From Ruditapes philippinarum (Eukaryota): a DNA stretch of 64,000 nt. Shown here piece after piece: positions 36,401 through 51,400 of this stretch. The stretch is from the NCBI RefSeq assembly GCF_026571515.1, contig NW_026865921.1, positions 1-64,000 on the forward strand, in the 5' to 3' direction. Position 1 is the stretch's first letter, and each line of letters begins with the position of its first letter. A model generated the notes under the pieces. It saw only the letters and a list, made by a program, of their open reading frames with translations, was not told the DNA's origin and made no database searches. The translations under genes and the position numbers were made by a program.

Positions 36401-39400
36401 ACGGTTCAACACATTTAACTCAAATTTGACATATGGATATGTCATTAGAAAATACAGGTCAAGTTCGAATTTTGTCATGGTTCGATGATTTTTGGCAGAG
36501 TTATGCCCCTTTTACTTTGAAAATAATATGAAATTTTCGGTTTCCGTTCATTATCTCCCCAACGGTACAACATTTTCAACTCAAATTTGACATATGGATA
36601 TGTTTTTGGAATGCCCAGGCCCAGTTCGAATTTGTTCTTTCTTCAATGATTTTTGGCAGAGTAATGCCCCTTTCACTTTGAAATTAATATGAAATTTACA
36701 GTTTCTGTTCATTATCTACCCAGCAGTGTTACATATTCAACTCAAATTTGACATATGGATATGTCAAAGGAATGGGCAGGTCAAGTTGGAATTTGGTCAT
36801 GGTTCGATGATTTTTTTGGCAGAGTTATGTCCCTTTCACTTTGAAAATAATATAGATACATCTTAGGAATAAGCAGTTTAAGTTTGAATTTGGTCGTGGT
36901 TCAATGATTTTGGACAAACTTATCTTTCTTGAATATTGGAAAAATTTTGAACTTTCAGTTTCAGCACTCATACTTTTGTGGAAATGTATGTAGCCATTAT
37001 TTTGGCTACAAATATGAAATATGCTATTTTCAAAAGGTTAAGACTGAATAATTTCAGTGCCTTGAACATTGTATGGAAATGGTTTGTGTTAACATTGAAA
37101 AGTTTTAAGGGCTTTGAACTTTAAATGAAAACAATAATTTGTGCAAACAAATTTGGAACTAAATATTATAACATCTGAAATTTTGGCTGCATGCGGGGGC
37201 ATCCGTGGCATGATGACACATTTCTAGTCTGAAATATAGTCCCGAGGAAAAGATAGCGTTTGATGAGGGGACCTGTCCTTTCAAGGGAAAAATTTTATTC
37301 CGCGTATACAACCCTTCTAAGCCAAATAAGTTTGGCATAAAACTGTATCAATGCTGTGAAAGTTCCAGTGGGTATATACTCAGTTTTGATATATATGACG
37401 GTACGCCTGGCTGTGCAATGTATGCAGAACTGGTTGATGCTAACCCTGATCTTACACAAACTACCAAAGTCGTTGTTGGACTTTTGGCTCGGAGTGGTCT
37501 TTTGGACAAAGGCCACAAGGTCTATCTAGATAACTACTATAATTCGCCAGAGCTTGCATCGGAACTCGATGCCCATGATACATATATGTGTGGGACTGTA
37601 CGTTCTAATAGGAAAAATATGCCAAAAGTATTTCCTCAAATAAAATTGAGGCCAGGTGAATCAGTCTTTAGGAGATGTGGTAATATTTTAGTAATCAAAT
37701 TCCATGAAAAGAGAGATGTACATATGATAAGTACCATCCATGAAGCTACTTACACTGTTTTGGACAAACGTAGACATGGTGATGATCTTGTCAAGCCGAC
37801 GTCAGTGGTCGATTACTGTCAGAACATGGGAGGTATAGACTTATCAGATCAACTCTTACAATACTATGAAGCTTTGAGGAGAACAGTAAAATGGTGGAAG
37901 AAATTATTCTTCCATATGCTAAACATGCTTGTTTTGAATTCCTACAAACTTTTTCTGAAATATGGGAATCGTAATGGAGCAACAAGGCGTTCACATCAAC
38001 AGTTTCGATCCAAATTAGTTCGAGCTCTCATTCAGTCAGCAGAGAATGCACCTAGACCTAAAGAATCCATTGGTAGGAAGCTTGCTGAACCATTAGACAG
38101 GTTACTGGGAACCCATCACTTGCCAATATACATACCAGCCAAGATAGGAGCCAAAAGAAAACACCCTCAGAGAGACTGTGTAGCTTGCAACCAGAGTGCG
38201 AAAAAACGTGACGGACACAAAAGACAGCAAAGTATATACATGTGTGAGAAATGCAATGTTGTTCTGTGTATTCCTGACTGCTTTAGGATTTATCATTCCT
38301 ATAAAGATTATAAAAGAATCCTACAGAATAATAGTAATGATGCAAGTTCTGTTAGTGATGATGACTAAATACATGCGACTGTTTCAGGGTGACTGTCGGT
38401 AACTGCTTACCTGTAACTGTTGTATCCATGGTAACTGATATAATCTGTGGTTGATGATATGCCAAAAGAGATAAAAAACAAACTGGGTGCTCTTTAGAAT
38501 TTATATTATTGATTCACTATCATAGTTTTCCATTTTACAAATCCAATTTGACATATTTCATATAACATAAATACAAGAATGGACGGCAATTTATTGAACA
38601 TTACTTGCATATATAATAGGTTCTAATCCACAGGTAGATATTTATAAATGCCAGTTTTATGAAATATTTCTCTTCCAGGGATTTCTTTTTTATCAATTTG
38701 TTGTAACAAAATCCAAAAGGAAGTGTTTCATGCTATTGAAACACCTTTATATTACATTTTCAATGTTTTTTATCTTTACCTGTAATTATCACCTGTAATT
38801 TTACCTGTGAAGTAAACAAATACATTTTTTTACCGGACCATAATTTTCCTTGTTCAATGTACATACACCTAGATATAAGTTTATTGAATATATCTTCAAA
38901 AATGAGTGATCTATGACATATCAAGTATGATTGGTGTGTTCTTAGAATTTAGACAATGGAAACTCAGCATCTGTGCATATTGCATATAATTACATAGGCA
39001 GCATGAGAAGGGTTAAACTTGTAGCATGGTCGCATGTTTATTAAAGTCTAAAGATCTGGGGCATACTACACTTACAGTGCAGTTATCTCAATACTCAATA
39101 GGTAGAGTGTTAGACTGTTAATGGGGCGATTCGGGTTCGATTCCCGGACGGCGCAGGTCACTTTTGTTGTGATTGTGAATGGTCATTTGCACTGTATTTT
39201 GCCCTTGCATACATGTACAGAAGTAATCAGTTCCTTGTGAAAGTGAAGGAAACTAGTACTGGTAAACTGTTTAACAGCCTGCCCAGGAACAATGCGGTGA
39301 CTGAACTGTGCTCTAGTAAATTCAGTGTGGCCTACTGCTGTGATCCGAAGTGAAAACTACAAACACCACCACACTTACACTACAGTGCAAACCAGCTCAG

Positions 39401-42400
39401 GTTCTACATTCCAGTTATGTTTTGAATGCTATTGTGAATTATTAGAGAATTAAAAAATACAATACACTTGTGAAAGGGATTGGAAGCCATGAAATCAAAA
39501 AGATGAGCAGGTCTGAAACAGAATTTTATCTGTGGAGGGACAATAATTCTTTTGACATGCCTAGCTAATGGGCATTATTTTGTGAAGTAAATATGTTAAA
39601 ATAATAAAGCAGAAATATCTAGGGTTCTGGAACAGGATTAATTTTGCCTGATTGTGCTTGCCTGTTATAATTGACCATTATTATTTTATATTCAGCTAAC
39701 ATAATGATTGGAACACCTGGGCGTCTGGAAGCCATGTTTGAGAAGAAGCAAGGACACATAGAGCTGGCAAGATGTGTAAAAGACCTAGACATTCTGGTAC
39801 TAGATGAGGCAGACAGACTGTTAGATATGGGTTTTGAGGCTAGCTTAAACACAATTCTTAGTTTCTTACCTAAACAGAGAAGAACTGGATTGTTTTCAGC
39901 AACTCAGACAGGTACATGTAGTTTCCCTAGAAGAAAATGATCCATAGTACTATTTTGTAATGTGATTAAGTTAACTTTTATAATCTGAGCTATAATTTTA
40001 ATGCAAAACTTTGAAATACTTGTAATTACTCTAGATGAAAAGGCAATATATTGAAATTGATATACCCATAATGACTCATTTACAAGCTGTTTCTGTGACA
40101 TGGTTTATTGTTCATTTCTTTAAATGTATAAAATATTACATATACATAGAGGATATTCAATTTTTTTATATAAAATAATAAATACAGAAGTTATTTTCAT
40201 CAATTGGTATGAATATAAAAATGTCATGTAAGTGGCTGTAGCCACAAGTAAGTGAAATGTTCAAATATGATAATTTTCATACCACAAGAATTTTCTTTTT
40301 ATTATGTACATTTGTTTTCTTTATTTAACGTTACAATTTTAAAGTCTTCCCTTTTAATTTTTTGTATTGGATGAACCTAGAAAAAAAGTAGTCCAGCAAC
40401 ATACCAGTGAAAATATGAAAAATATTTTTCATTGCAGTGAATAATAATTTTTTTACAGTGAAAATATGTATTTTATTTCATCGATATTTCTCAATATGTA
40501 TTTGTCTGTTAAACAGCTGAAGTAGAAAGCCTGATCAGAGCTGGACTTAGAAATCCAGTTCGAGTTTCTATCAAAGAAAAGTCAAGGATTACCAATAGTT
40601 CATCTGGCGAGGAAATTCAGAGAACACCTTCAACATTAAAAAACTATTACATGATAGTGAACAGTGATGAGAAGTTAAATCAGCTGATATCATTTATACA
40701 AACTCATAGGAAACAGAAGATTATGATGTTTTTAAGTACATGCGCTGGTGTTGATTATTTCAGCAAAATACTGCAACCGCTGTTGAAGAAGACACAGGTG
40801 AGCTTTATGTTTTACTGTAAATGTAATTCGAAAATATGAATGACAAAGTTTAATAATAACTCATATGTTACAGTTGTATTCATTTTATGGAATTTTCAGA
40901 CATGTCCGAGGGGAAAATTTACATGTTTTAATTTTCATGATAAATCTATGTCGAACTCCATTGGGCCTCTGTTACATCATTTAAATAAATAATAAGATTA
41001 CATAACCATAATTATTTAATAGTATTTACATTTTGAATTTCTGGTACTGCCTAAAATGGCATAGAAGAAGGGGGAAGTAATAAATGTAGCTGAATTTTTT
41101 TATTGCTCAGGGATAAATGAGACATACAATGTACATGTATTTGAATTGATAACAATTGGCCCCACTGACATAGGTGTATCTCACTTCAATGAACGATATA
41201 TATTCTATATTCTTACAAATGATACAGTAACCCAGATGTATCTCTCTAAAATGAATGATATATTCTATATTCACTCAAATGATACATTAACCCAGCTTAT
41301 CTCACTTCAATGAACAATGTATGTATTCTATATACTCTAAAATAATACAGTTACCCAGGTGTATCTGACTTCAGTGAACGCTATATTTTATATCCTCTCA
41401 AATGATTATGATACAGTTACCAAGGTGTATCTGACTTCAGTGAACGCTATATTCTATATCCTCTCAAATGATACAGTTACCCAGGTGTATCTGACTTCAG
41501 TGAATGCTATATTCTATATCCTCTCAAATGATACAGTTACCCAGCCTGCAGGTGTATCTGACTTCAGTGAATGCTATATTCTATATCCTCTCAAATGATA
41601 CAGTTACCCAGGTGCATCTGACTTCAGTGAATGCTATATTCTATATCCTCTCAAATGATACAGTTACCAAGGTGCATCTGACTTCAGTGAATGCTATATT
41701 CTATATCCTCTCAAATGATACAGTTACCCAGGTGTATCTGACTTCAGTGAATGCTATATTTTATATCCTCTCAAATGATACAGTTACCAAGGTGTATCTG
41801 ACTTCAGTGAACGCTATATTCTATATCCTCTCAAATGATACAGTTACCAAGGTGTATCTGACTTCAGTGAATGCTATATTCTATATCCTCTCAAATGATA
41901 CAGTTACCAAGGTGTATCTGACTTCAGTGAACGCTATATTCTATATTCACTCAAATGATACAGTTACCCAGGTGTATCTGACTTCAGTGAATGCTATATT
42001 TTATATCCTCTCAAATGATACAGTTACCAAGGTGTATCTGACTTCAGTGAACGCTATATTCTATATCCTCTCAAATGATACAGTTACCCAGGTGTATCTG
42101 ACTTCAGTGAATGCTATATTCTATATCCTCTCAAATGATACAGTTACCAAGGTGTATCTGACTTCAGTGAACGCTATATTCTATATCCTCTCAAATGATA
42201 CAGTTACCAAGGTGTATCTGACTTCAGTGAACGCTATATTCTATATCCTCTCAAATGATACAGTTACCAAGGTGTATCTGACTTCAGTGAACGCTATATT
42301 CTATATCCTCTCAAATGATACAGTTACCAAGGTGTATCTGACTTCAGTGAACGCTATATTCTATATTCACTCAAATGATACAGTTACCAAGGTGTATCTG

Positions 42401-45400
42401 ACTTCAGTGAATGCTATATTCTATATCCTCTCAAATGATACTGTTACCAAGGTGTATCTGACTTCAGTGAATGCTATATTCTATATTCACTCAAATGATA
42501 AAGTTACCAAGGTGTATCTGACTTCAGTGAACGCTATATTCTATATCCTCTCAAATGATACAGTTACCCAGGTGTATCTGACTTCAGTGAATGCTATATT
42601 CTATATCCTCTCAAATGATACAGTTACCCAGGTGTATCTGACTTCAGTGAACTCTATATTCTATATCCTCTCAAATGATACTGTTACCAAGGTGTATCTG
42701 ACTTCAGTGAATGCTATATTCTATATCCTCTCAAATGATACAGTTACCAAGGTGTATCTGACTTCAGTGAACGCTATATTCTATATCCTCTCAAATGATA
42801 CAGTTACCCAGGTGTATCTGACTTCAGTGAATGCTATATTCTATATCCTCTCAAATGATACTGTTACCCAGGTGTATCTGACTTCAGTGAACGCTATATT
42901 CTATATCCTCTCAAATGATACAGTTACCAAGGTGTATCTGTCTTCAGTGAATGCTATATTCTATATCCTCTCAAATGATACAGTTACCCAGGTGTATCTG
43001 ACTTCAGTGAACGCTATATTCTATATCCTCTCAAATGATACAGTTACCCAGGTGTATCTGACTTCAGTGAATGCTATATTCTATATCCTCTCAAATGATA
43101 CAGTTACCAAGGTGTATCTGACTTCAGTGAACGCTATATTCTATATCCTCTCAAATGATACTGTTACCCAGGTGTATTTCACTTCAGTGAACGATATATT
43201 CTATATTCACTCAAATGATACAGTAACCCAGGACTGGTGTATCTCACTTCATTGAAGGATATATTCTATATTTTCTGAAATGGTACAGTAACATTTAGTA
43301 AACGATATATATTTTATATTTTCCAAATGATACAGTTACCCAGGTGTATCTCACTTCAATGAACAATATATTCTATATTCTCTCAAATAATACTGTTACC
43401 CAGGTGTATCTGACTTCAGTGAATGCTATATTCTATATCCTCTCAAATGATACAGTTACCCAGGTGTATCTGACTTCAGTGAACGCTATATTCTATATCC
43501 TCTCAAATGATACAGTTACCCAGGTGTATCTGACTTCAGTGAACGCTATATTCTATATCCTCTCAAATGATACAGTTACCCAGGTGTATCTGACTTCAGT
43601 GAACGCTATATTCTATATCCTCTCAAATGATACTGTTACCAAGGTGTATCTGACTTCAGTGAACGCTATATTCTATATCCTCTCAAATGATACTGTTACC
43701 CAGGTGTATCTGACTTCAGTGAACGCTATATTCTATATCCTCTCAAATGATACAGTTACCAAGGTGTATCTCACTTAAATGAATGATATATTTTATATTC
43801 ACTCAAATGATGCAGTAACCTAGGTGTATCTCACTTCAGTGAAAGATATATTCTATATTCACTCAAATGTTTGTATTTTCAGCTATATTGTATCCATGGT
43901 AAGATGAAGAATAGGAAGAAAGTGATATCACGGTTCAAGTCACAGGGAGGCGGGGTATTAGTGTGTACCGATGTGATGGCGCGGGGGATTGATATACCAG
44001 AAGTTAACTGTGTCATACAGTATGATCCACCCACTACTGCTTCTGTATTTGTACACAGGTTTGAATAAAGTTTGTGTATATATGAACGGCGACATGACAA
44101 AACCAACATAGTGCGTCTGATCAGGATCCATGATGTTCGCTATCAGTTTCTCTACTTGTTATAGGGTTTGTAAGGGAACAGCATGGATCCGGATCAGACT
44201 GTGTGAATGCGCAGACTGGTCTGGATCCATGCTGGTTGCAAACGCATTGGTTTTGTCATGGCGCAGCTCATATATTACTCTTTTTCCAAAGATCCAATGC
44301 AAAGATAATTAATTTTAGAATTTTTTTAAAAAAAGTTTTAGTACTGTAATATTATTATTTTGCACAATATTTATATGAAGTGAAAAGTACTAATATGATC
44401 AAATCAAAACATAATCTCAAATTTATCTGTTTATTCATAACTCAGCATACATTATTACCTCAGTCATAAATGAAGTCATGTTTTAGTATTATTTTGCGCG
44501 CTTTTCATTTAGTATTAGATTAAAATGTCTATTTAAACGTTTCTCTGCATATAAGAAAAAGAAAATTTGTTTAGTTTAATGTAAGATAGGAATATATTTC
44601 ACCTTGTGAACACTAAAAGTTTATATTTCACTCGTGGCTGCGCCACTCGTGAAATATACCTTTTGGTGCTCACACGGTGAAATATATTTTGATCTTACAC
44701 TGAACTAAACAAATATCCTCTATTTCATATTAATCAATTCTCCTGATATATGCAATAATTTACAGTAACGCAAGTACCTGCTAAGTGATGGTTTTGAAAA
44801 CTTTCGTCCAAAGTACCGAATTGGACACATCGCAACTTTTCGAATTTAAAGATAACGATAAAAACTGAGGAATTCTGACTGAAAACGGATGTGTAGACTG
44901 GTCACCCGCGCACGTCTATGGGAACCATAATTGGACAGGGAACCAGAATAACGGAAGCTGTGTATAAAATATCAGATGACTTAAAATATCTTTTATTCAG
45001 TCGTTAATGCTGTACAGACGTTTAAAGTATTGTTTACGTGACGTCACAATGTAGCACCAAACAGCACGTGCAAAACAATCAAATCAAGTACGCTATTTTA
45101 ATGTCGCAAACGTGTTAAGTTTTACATTTATTTCACTTTTAATAATCTTTATTTCGCTTGAAAAATTATAGAGTGAAATAAAATAAACAAACAAAGTTTT
45201 ATCAACGTTTGTTTTCAAAACTCGTTATTCATTTAACGACAGGGGCGGAGCCATATTTAACACAGTACGTGTGACGTCACACGCACTCGTCACTGCATTT
45301 GAAATAAAAATGAGCGATTATTTCATACTATTTCACGTTAAAAGTACATCGAGCTCGCTTTGAGGCTTTGCCTTTTTCATATTATTTTCATTTTACATGT

Positions 45401-48400
45401 AATAATTCTGATTTGTTTAGATGTGGTAGAACAGCTCGTATTGGTAATACAGGTAGTGCTGTAGTGTTTCTAACTCCAGAAGAGGAGAGTTTTGTTGAGT
45501 TTATAGAGATTAACCAGAAAGTTCCACTTCACAAGATGGACAAACTTGAAATAGACCATAACTACATACCTGAAGGTATAGTCTTTATCAAAATATGTCT
45601 GTAAAATTGTTCTGAAGGTAACCAGTCTCCACAACATTTGAAAGAATTCACTTAAAACTTCACACAAAATTTGTAAAATCCTAATTTTTTGTCAATAACC
45701 AAAGTTGATAACTCAGTCATTGATTTTTTTCCCTTTAATAATTCCTACATTATTAAAACTCACATTTTACTATCAAGCACCAAGTATTAAAGAGGGCACT
45801 GCTAGTGGACCGTATGCTTCCAGAATTCAAAATTCAAGTAATAATTTACGTGTTATGTGGGATTAATGACAGTTTTTGCATTATTTATCACCATATTTCT
45901 ACTGCGTGACTAACGCAATTAGTTGCATGACTAACACATTAAGCACTTTTTAGCTCGACTATACGAAGTATATGGAGAGCTGTCCTACTCGCCCCGGCGT
46001 CCGCGTCCGCGTCCAGATTTTAGATTAAAGTTTTGGTGCAGTAAAATATTTTTCACTATAACTTTGTCATTTCTTAAGGTATCAACTTCAAACCTCAAAT
46101 ATATGTTCCTTATCATCAACCACATCATATGTGACAAGGTTCATAACTCTAGCACCAATATTTTCAGATTTATCTCCCCTTGAACTTAGAATTTTCCTTA
46201 AAAAATACTATTTTTAGCTCACCTTGCACAAAGTGCAGGTGAGCTTTTAGGAAGGCCAACCAAATGGCGTCCGTCGTCTGTCGTCCGTCCACATTTTAAA
46301 TATTCTAAGGACATCTTCTATGATACCGCAAGGCCAATGTTAATGAAACTTGGCAGGAATACTCTTTGTATGAAGCTCTATCAAGATTGTTCAAAGAATT
46401 CCATTTCATGCAGAACTCTGGTTGCCATGGCAACCGAAAGAAAAATCTTTAAATATCTTCTTTTAAAGAACCGTAAGAGCTAGAGCTTAGATATTTGGCA
46501 TGAAACATCTTCTAATGAGTGTCTACCAAGTTTGTTCAAATAAAAGCCCTAGGGTCAAAATTGGCCCCGCCCCAGGGGGTCATTGATTTTCCCTATATGC
46601 ATATAGTAAAAACTTAAAAATCTTCTTTTAAAGAACCCAAAGAGCTAGAGCTAAGATATTTGGCATGAAACATCTTCTAGTAAGTGTCTACCAATTTTGT
46701 TCAAATAAAAACCCTGGGGTCAAAATTGGCCCCGGCCCGGGGGGTCATTGATTTTCCCTATATGCATATAGTAAAAACTTAATAAATCTTCTTTTAAAGA
46801 ACTGTAAAAGCTAGAGCTAAGATATTTGGCATGAAACATCTTCTAGTGAATGTCTACCAAGTTTGTTCAAATAAAAGCCCTGGGGTCAAAATTGGCCCCG
46901 CCCCAGGGGGTCATTGATTTTCCCTATATGCATATAGAAAAAACTTAAAAAATCTTCTTTTAAAGAACCCAAAGAGCTAGAGCTAAGATATTTAGCATGA
47001 AACATCTTCTAATGAGTGTCTACCAAGTTTGTTCAAATAAAAGCCCTGAGGTCAAAATTGGCCCTGCCCCAGGGGGTCATAGATTTTCCCTATATGCATA
47101 TAGTAAAAACTTAAAAAATCTTCTTTTAAAGAACCCAAAGAGCTAGAGCTAAGATAATTGACATGAAATATCTTCTAGTGAGTGTCTACCAAGTTTGTTC
47201 AAATAAAAGCCCTGGGGTCAAAATTGGCCCCGCCCCGGGGGGTCATTGATTTTCCCTATATGCATATAGTAAAAACTTAAAAAATCTTCTTTTAAAGAAC
47301 CGTAAGAGCTAGAGCTTAGATATTTGGCATGAAACATCTTCTAGTGAATGTCTACCTAGTTTGTTCAAGTAAAAGCCCTGGGGTCAAAATTGGCCCCGTC
47401 CCAGGGGGTCATAGATTTTCCCTATATGCATATAGTAAAAACTTAAAAAATCTTCTTTTAAAGAACCCAAAGAGCTAGAGCTAAGATATGTAGCATGAAA
47501 CATCTTCTAATGAGTGTCTACCAAAGTTGTTCAAATAAAAGCCCTGGGGTCAAAATTGGCCCCGCCCCAGGGGGTCATTGATTTTCCCTATATGCATATA
47601 GTAAAAACTTAAAAAATCTTCTTTAAAAGAACTCAAAGAGCTAGAGCTAAGATATTTAGCATGAAACATGTTCTAATGGGTGTCTACCATGTATGTTCAA
47701 ATAAAAGCCCTGGGGTCAAAACTGGCCTTGCCCGGGGGGTCATTGATTTTCCTTATATGTGTATAGCAAAAACTTAAAAATCTTCTTTGAAAAAACCCAA
47801 ATAGCTTGAGTTTAGATATTATACATGAAACATCTTTAAGTAAATATCTACAAAGTTTGTTCAAATAAAAGCCCGGGGGTCAAAACTGGCCCTGCCCCAG
47901 GGGTGTCATTGTTTTTAACTATATGTGAATAGTAAAAACTTAAAAATCTTCTTTTAAAAAACCCAATGAGCTAGAACTTAGATGTTTAGCATGAAACATC
48001 TTCTTATGGGTGTCTACCAAGTCTGTTAAAATAAAAGCCCTTGGGTAAAAATTGACCTGGGGGGGGGGGGGCTATGTACAGGTGAGCGACCTCAGGGCCA
48101 TCATGGCCCTCTTGTTTACTGTTACTTCTTTATTTCTTAAGGGATCAACCTCATACTTCAAATATATGTACCTTATCATCATCCTTATCTTATGTGACAA
48201 GGTTCATAACTCTAGCACCAATATTTTCAGATCTATCTCCCCTTGAACTTAGAATTTTCCTCAAAAAGTATTATTTCTTACTGTTTCTTCTTTATTTCTT
48301 AAGGGATCAACCTCATACTTCAAATATATTTACGTTATCATCATCCCCATCTTATGTGACAAGGTTCTTACTCTAGCACCAATATTTCAAGAATTATCTC

Positions 48401-51400
48401 CCCATTAACTTAGATTTTTTTACTAGAAAAATGTTATTTTTTATTATAACTTTTTTATTTTTAAAGGTATCTACCTCAAACTTCAAATACTTATTCCTTA
48501 TCATCAATTACATTTTATGTGACAATGTTCATAACTCTTGAAGCAATATTTACACATTTATCTCTCTTTGAACTTAGGATTTTCTTTAAAAAACATAATA
48601 ACTTCTTTACTTTTTAAGGTATCTACTTCAGACTTCAAATATATATTTCTTATCATTACACAAATGTTGTTTGACAAGGTCCATAACTCTAGCATGACTA
48701 TTTCTAGAATTATTCCCCTTGATCTTGGAATTTATGTTAACAAATATTATTTTTTTACTATAACTTAATACATAATTATACATAATTGATTTTTCTTTCA
48801 TAGTTTTGTCCTCCTTACTGCGTCCAGTATTTTATTAGTCGAGCTTCGCTGTCTCCTGTGACAGCTCTTGTTTATGCTCCGCATAAGGGAGAGCACGGTC
48901 CGTTGTCTTGTCTGGAGCACCTTTGAAAACCTTTGGAGATAATTTATTTAAACTTCACACAGTGGTAGAGGTCATTGAGACTTAGTGCAGTGTCAAAGAA
49001 TCATAACTCTCAGCGATTTTTTTCCTCATATAAGTGAGGTACGAATAATGGACCCATTCAGATTTTTGCAAAAAATTCACTATCTACATAGATTAAGCTT
49101 ACAATTTCGTCTTTTTCCTAATTTCTTTGATATATGTGATTGATATCTCAATTTGTCTTTGTGTTGATGTATTGTTTTAAATCAAAACATCATCTTACTG
49201 CTGATATTCAAACTGAAAGTTGAATTGCTTCCAATTTGATTCGCAGATACTTTTTTATTACAGTTGTATTTAGGAAACGTCCGAAACGGCAAAAATATAT
49301 GTTAAACCAGGATCTTTTAATTAGATAAAACCCGAATTAATGGGAATGTTGCGGCAGTATTTCTGATAATTTAAAGTTTGTGGACAAAGATTTTTCAAGC
49401 TCAATGAATTTAGATTTGTCTTTCAGTGGTATGGTTACCTAAAAATGAAAGACATTTTTCAGCGAGCTGGTCAAATTTCTAGAACATGTTCTGCTCAAGT
49501 TGTACATTGCAAACAAATCTGATATAAAATACGAGGTAAACATCCATTTATAGTGTAACAGACGAAAAATGCCCTCAAAGAGTGGTAAATTCTTTGTGAA
49601 ATATCTGAAATAGGGTAATTCCGTGTAAATCTATATAAATTTTAATTTTTAAGAAATAAATTCACAATTTAGATTTTTTTTCCCACCATTGTCACGGTTT
49701 CATTCACAATTTAAGGAAAAAAATTGCTGACTATTATGCCCAGTTTTTTAATTATCTCCCCTTATAGTAAAATCTTGTCCGGTACGTAACTGTAAAACAA
49801 TAAGAAATATCAACATGAAACATTATAGGTAGATAGATCTCAATGGGTAGATGTGCAGTGCACAAGAATCATAACTCTGCCTTGTCTAATTTTTGTGTTA
49901 TTGCCCTTTGTTTATTTTTACACTTTGAACTTTGTCCGGGACATAACTCTAAAATTATAAAAGATATCAACATGAAACTTTGTAGGTAGATAGATCTAAT
50001 TTTGGAATTATTGCACTTTGAACTTTGTCCAGGGACATAACTCTGAAACTACAAGAGGTGTACTTTCCTGTGTCCAAAACCTATTTGGGGAGCATAACCC
50101 GGTTCAAACCGGGCTCTTGTTTATGCATATTTTGACCTCTTTTTGTTGATTTATGCGAATTGTAAGGGCTGTTTGCAATGTGGTAATTACTTCCTTTGTT
50201 TACTTCACAATACATTTGTATTTTACTTTTTAGAACATCATCAAGATTTTCATGAAAATTGGCATGAATTTGGAGGCATGCTGCTTCAAAATAAACCAAT
50301 GCAATTGATTTTATTAAAAAAATTGAAAGTTTTTCATCACTGGCCACCAAATTCTTGTTAACCTGAATCTTTTTTTTCTTTTTAACAAAATTTTAGTACA
50401 TTTTCCAGAAATTTGATTTAAAAAAAAAAATTGAAAAAAAAAATTGTATGCTATCTGGAAGTATGCAGCTTTTAAGTTTTTCTTTACTGGTTTAAAATTG
50501 CTTTACATGCCACTTTTAATTCTATGGATAAGCTAAACTCATAAGTGCAGATGCCTTTTGTATAAATACGATTCTTTACTTGACAGTGAGTTGTCCCATT
50601 ATTATAAGGCGGTAACTTGTAATAAATCAATTAATATCTTGTTAACCTAATTTATATTAACAGAAACTCCAGTTGTATATCTTAGGTCCTTAATCATATT
50701 TGACAGTTTCCAATTTTCAAGATATAATTTCCTCTAATTGCAGCCAATTTAAGATATAATTGCTGAATTATTCTCAATTTGTGAAGTTAAAAATGCATTT
50801 ATTAATAATCGATAAAAATTGTTTAATTTGCAGAAAGGAATATAAGTCTTGTAAAAATATTGATTAAAGACTGTTATATATTAGAAATTATTGTACCGGT
50901 ATATTGTATTTGATATATTCCCACTTTGAATTAAAAATTTTATTTTGAAAATGATATTTTTTACCTCAACCATCTTTGTTTCAAAACATTTTTTTTTCAG
51001 GAGAGTTGTTTCTTATCATCTCTATAATCATATATGTTATATGATAATGTTCATATCTCAAGTTTCTATATTTTAAAGAATCATCGCCTCTTGTAACTTA
51101 CAATTTTGTGTAAAAGTGTTAATTTTACTGTTTCATTTTTGTTCGTAAGTTAATTAAAAAACTCTAATATTTCAGTTCAAACTATGGCAGTGAATGACAG
51201 GGCTGTTTATGAAAAGGGAATGAGGGCATTTGTTAGTTTTGTACAATCATATGCAAAACACGAGTGTTACTTAATATTTCAAATGAAGAAACTGGACTTT
51301 GGAAGGCTAGCTACAGGATTTGGTCTAATAAAGGCTCCAAAAATGCCAGAGTTGAAAGCCGTCAAGTTGGAGAATTTTTATCCTTTGCCTGTAGATGTAA

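Larger units (their letters stand above)
34525..39012 (+). mobile_element. Full-length piggyBac transposon in DDX55 intron 1
   Basis: TTAA TSDs at 34521-34524 and 39013-39016. 14-bp TIR CCCTTATCATGCTG / CAGCATGAGAAGGG. Subterminal direct repeat TGCTGTTCGCGTATATTGACG twice. Confidence 0.95.

Noticed and set aside
41170-43868. CRISPR array, or a 583-aa repeat protein
   Set aside because: Units are contiguous with no unique spacers, there are no cas genes, and the context is a eukaryotic intron. The long ORF follows from a stop-free 60-bp unit.
44783-44882. Possible intronic C/D snoRNA in DDX55 (GTGATGG...CTGA)
   Set aside because: Imperfect C box, no convincing terminal stem and no recognisable rRNA guide. 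It would need an Rfam or snoscan search.
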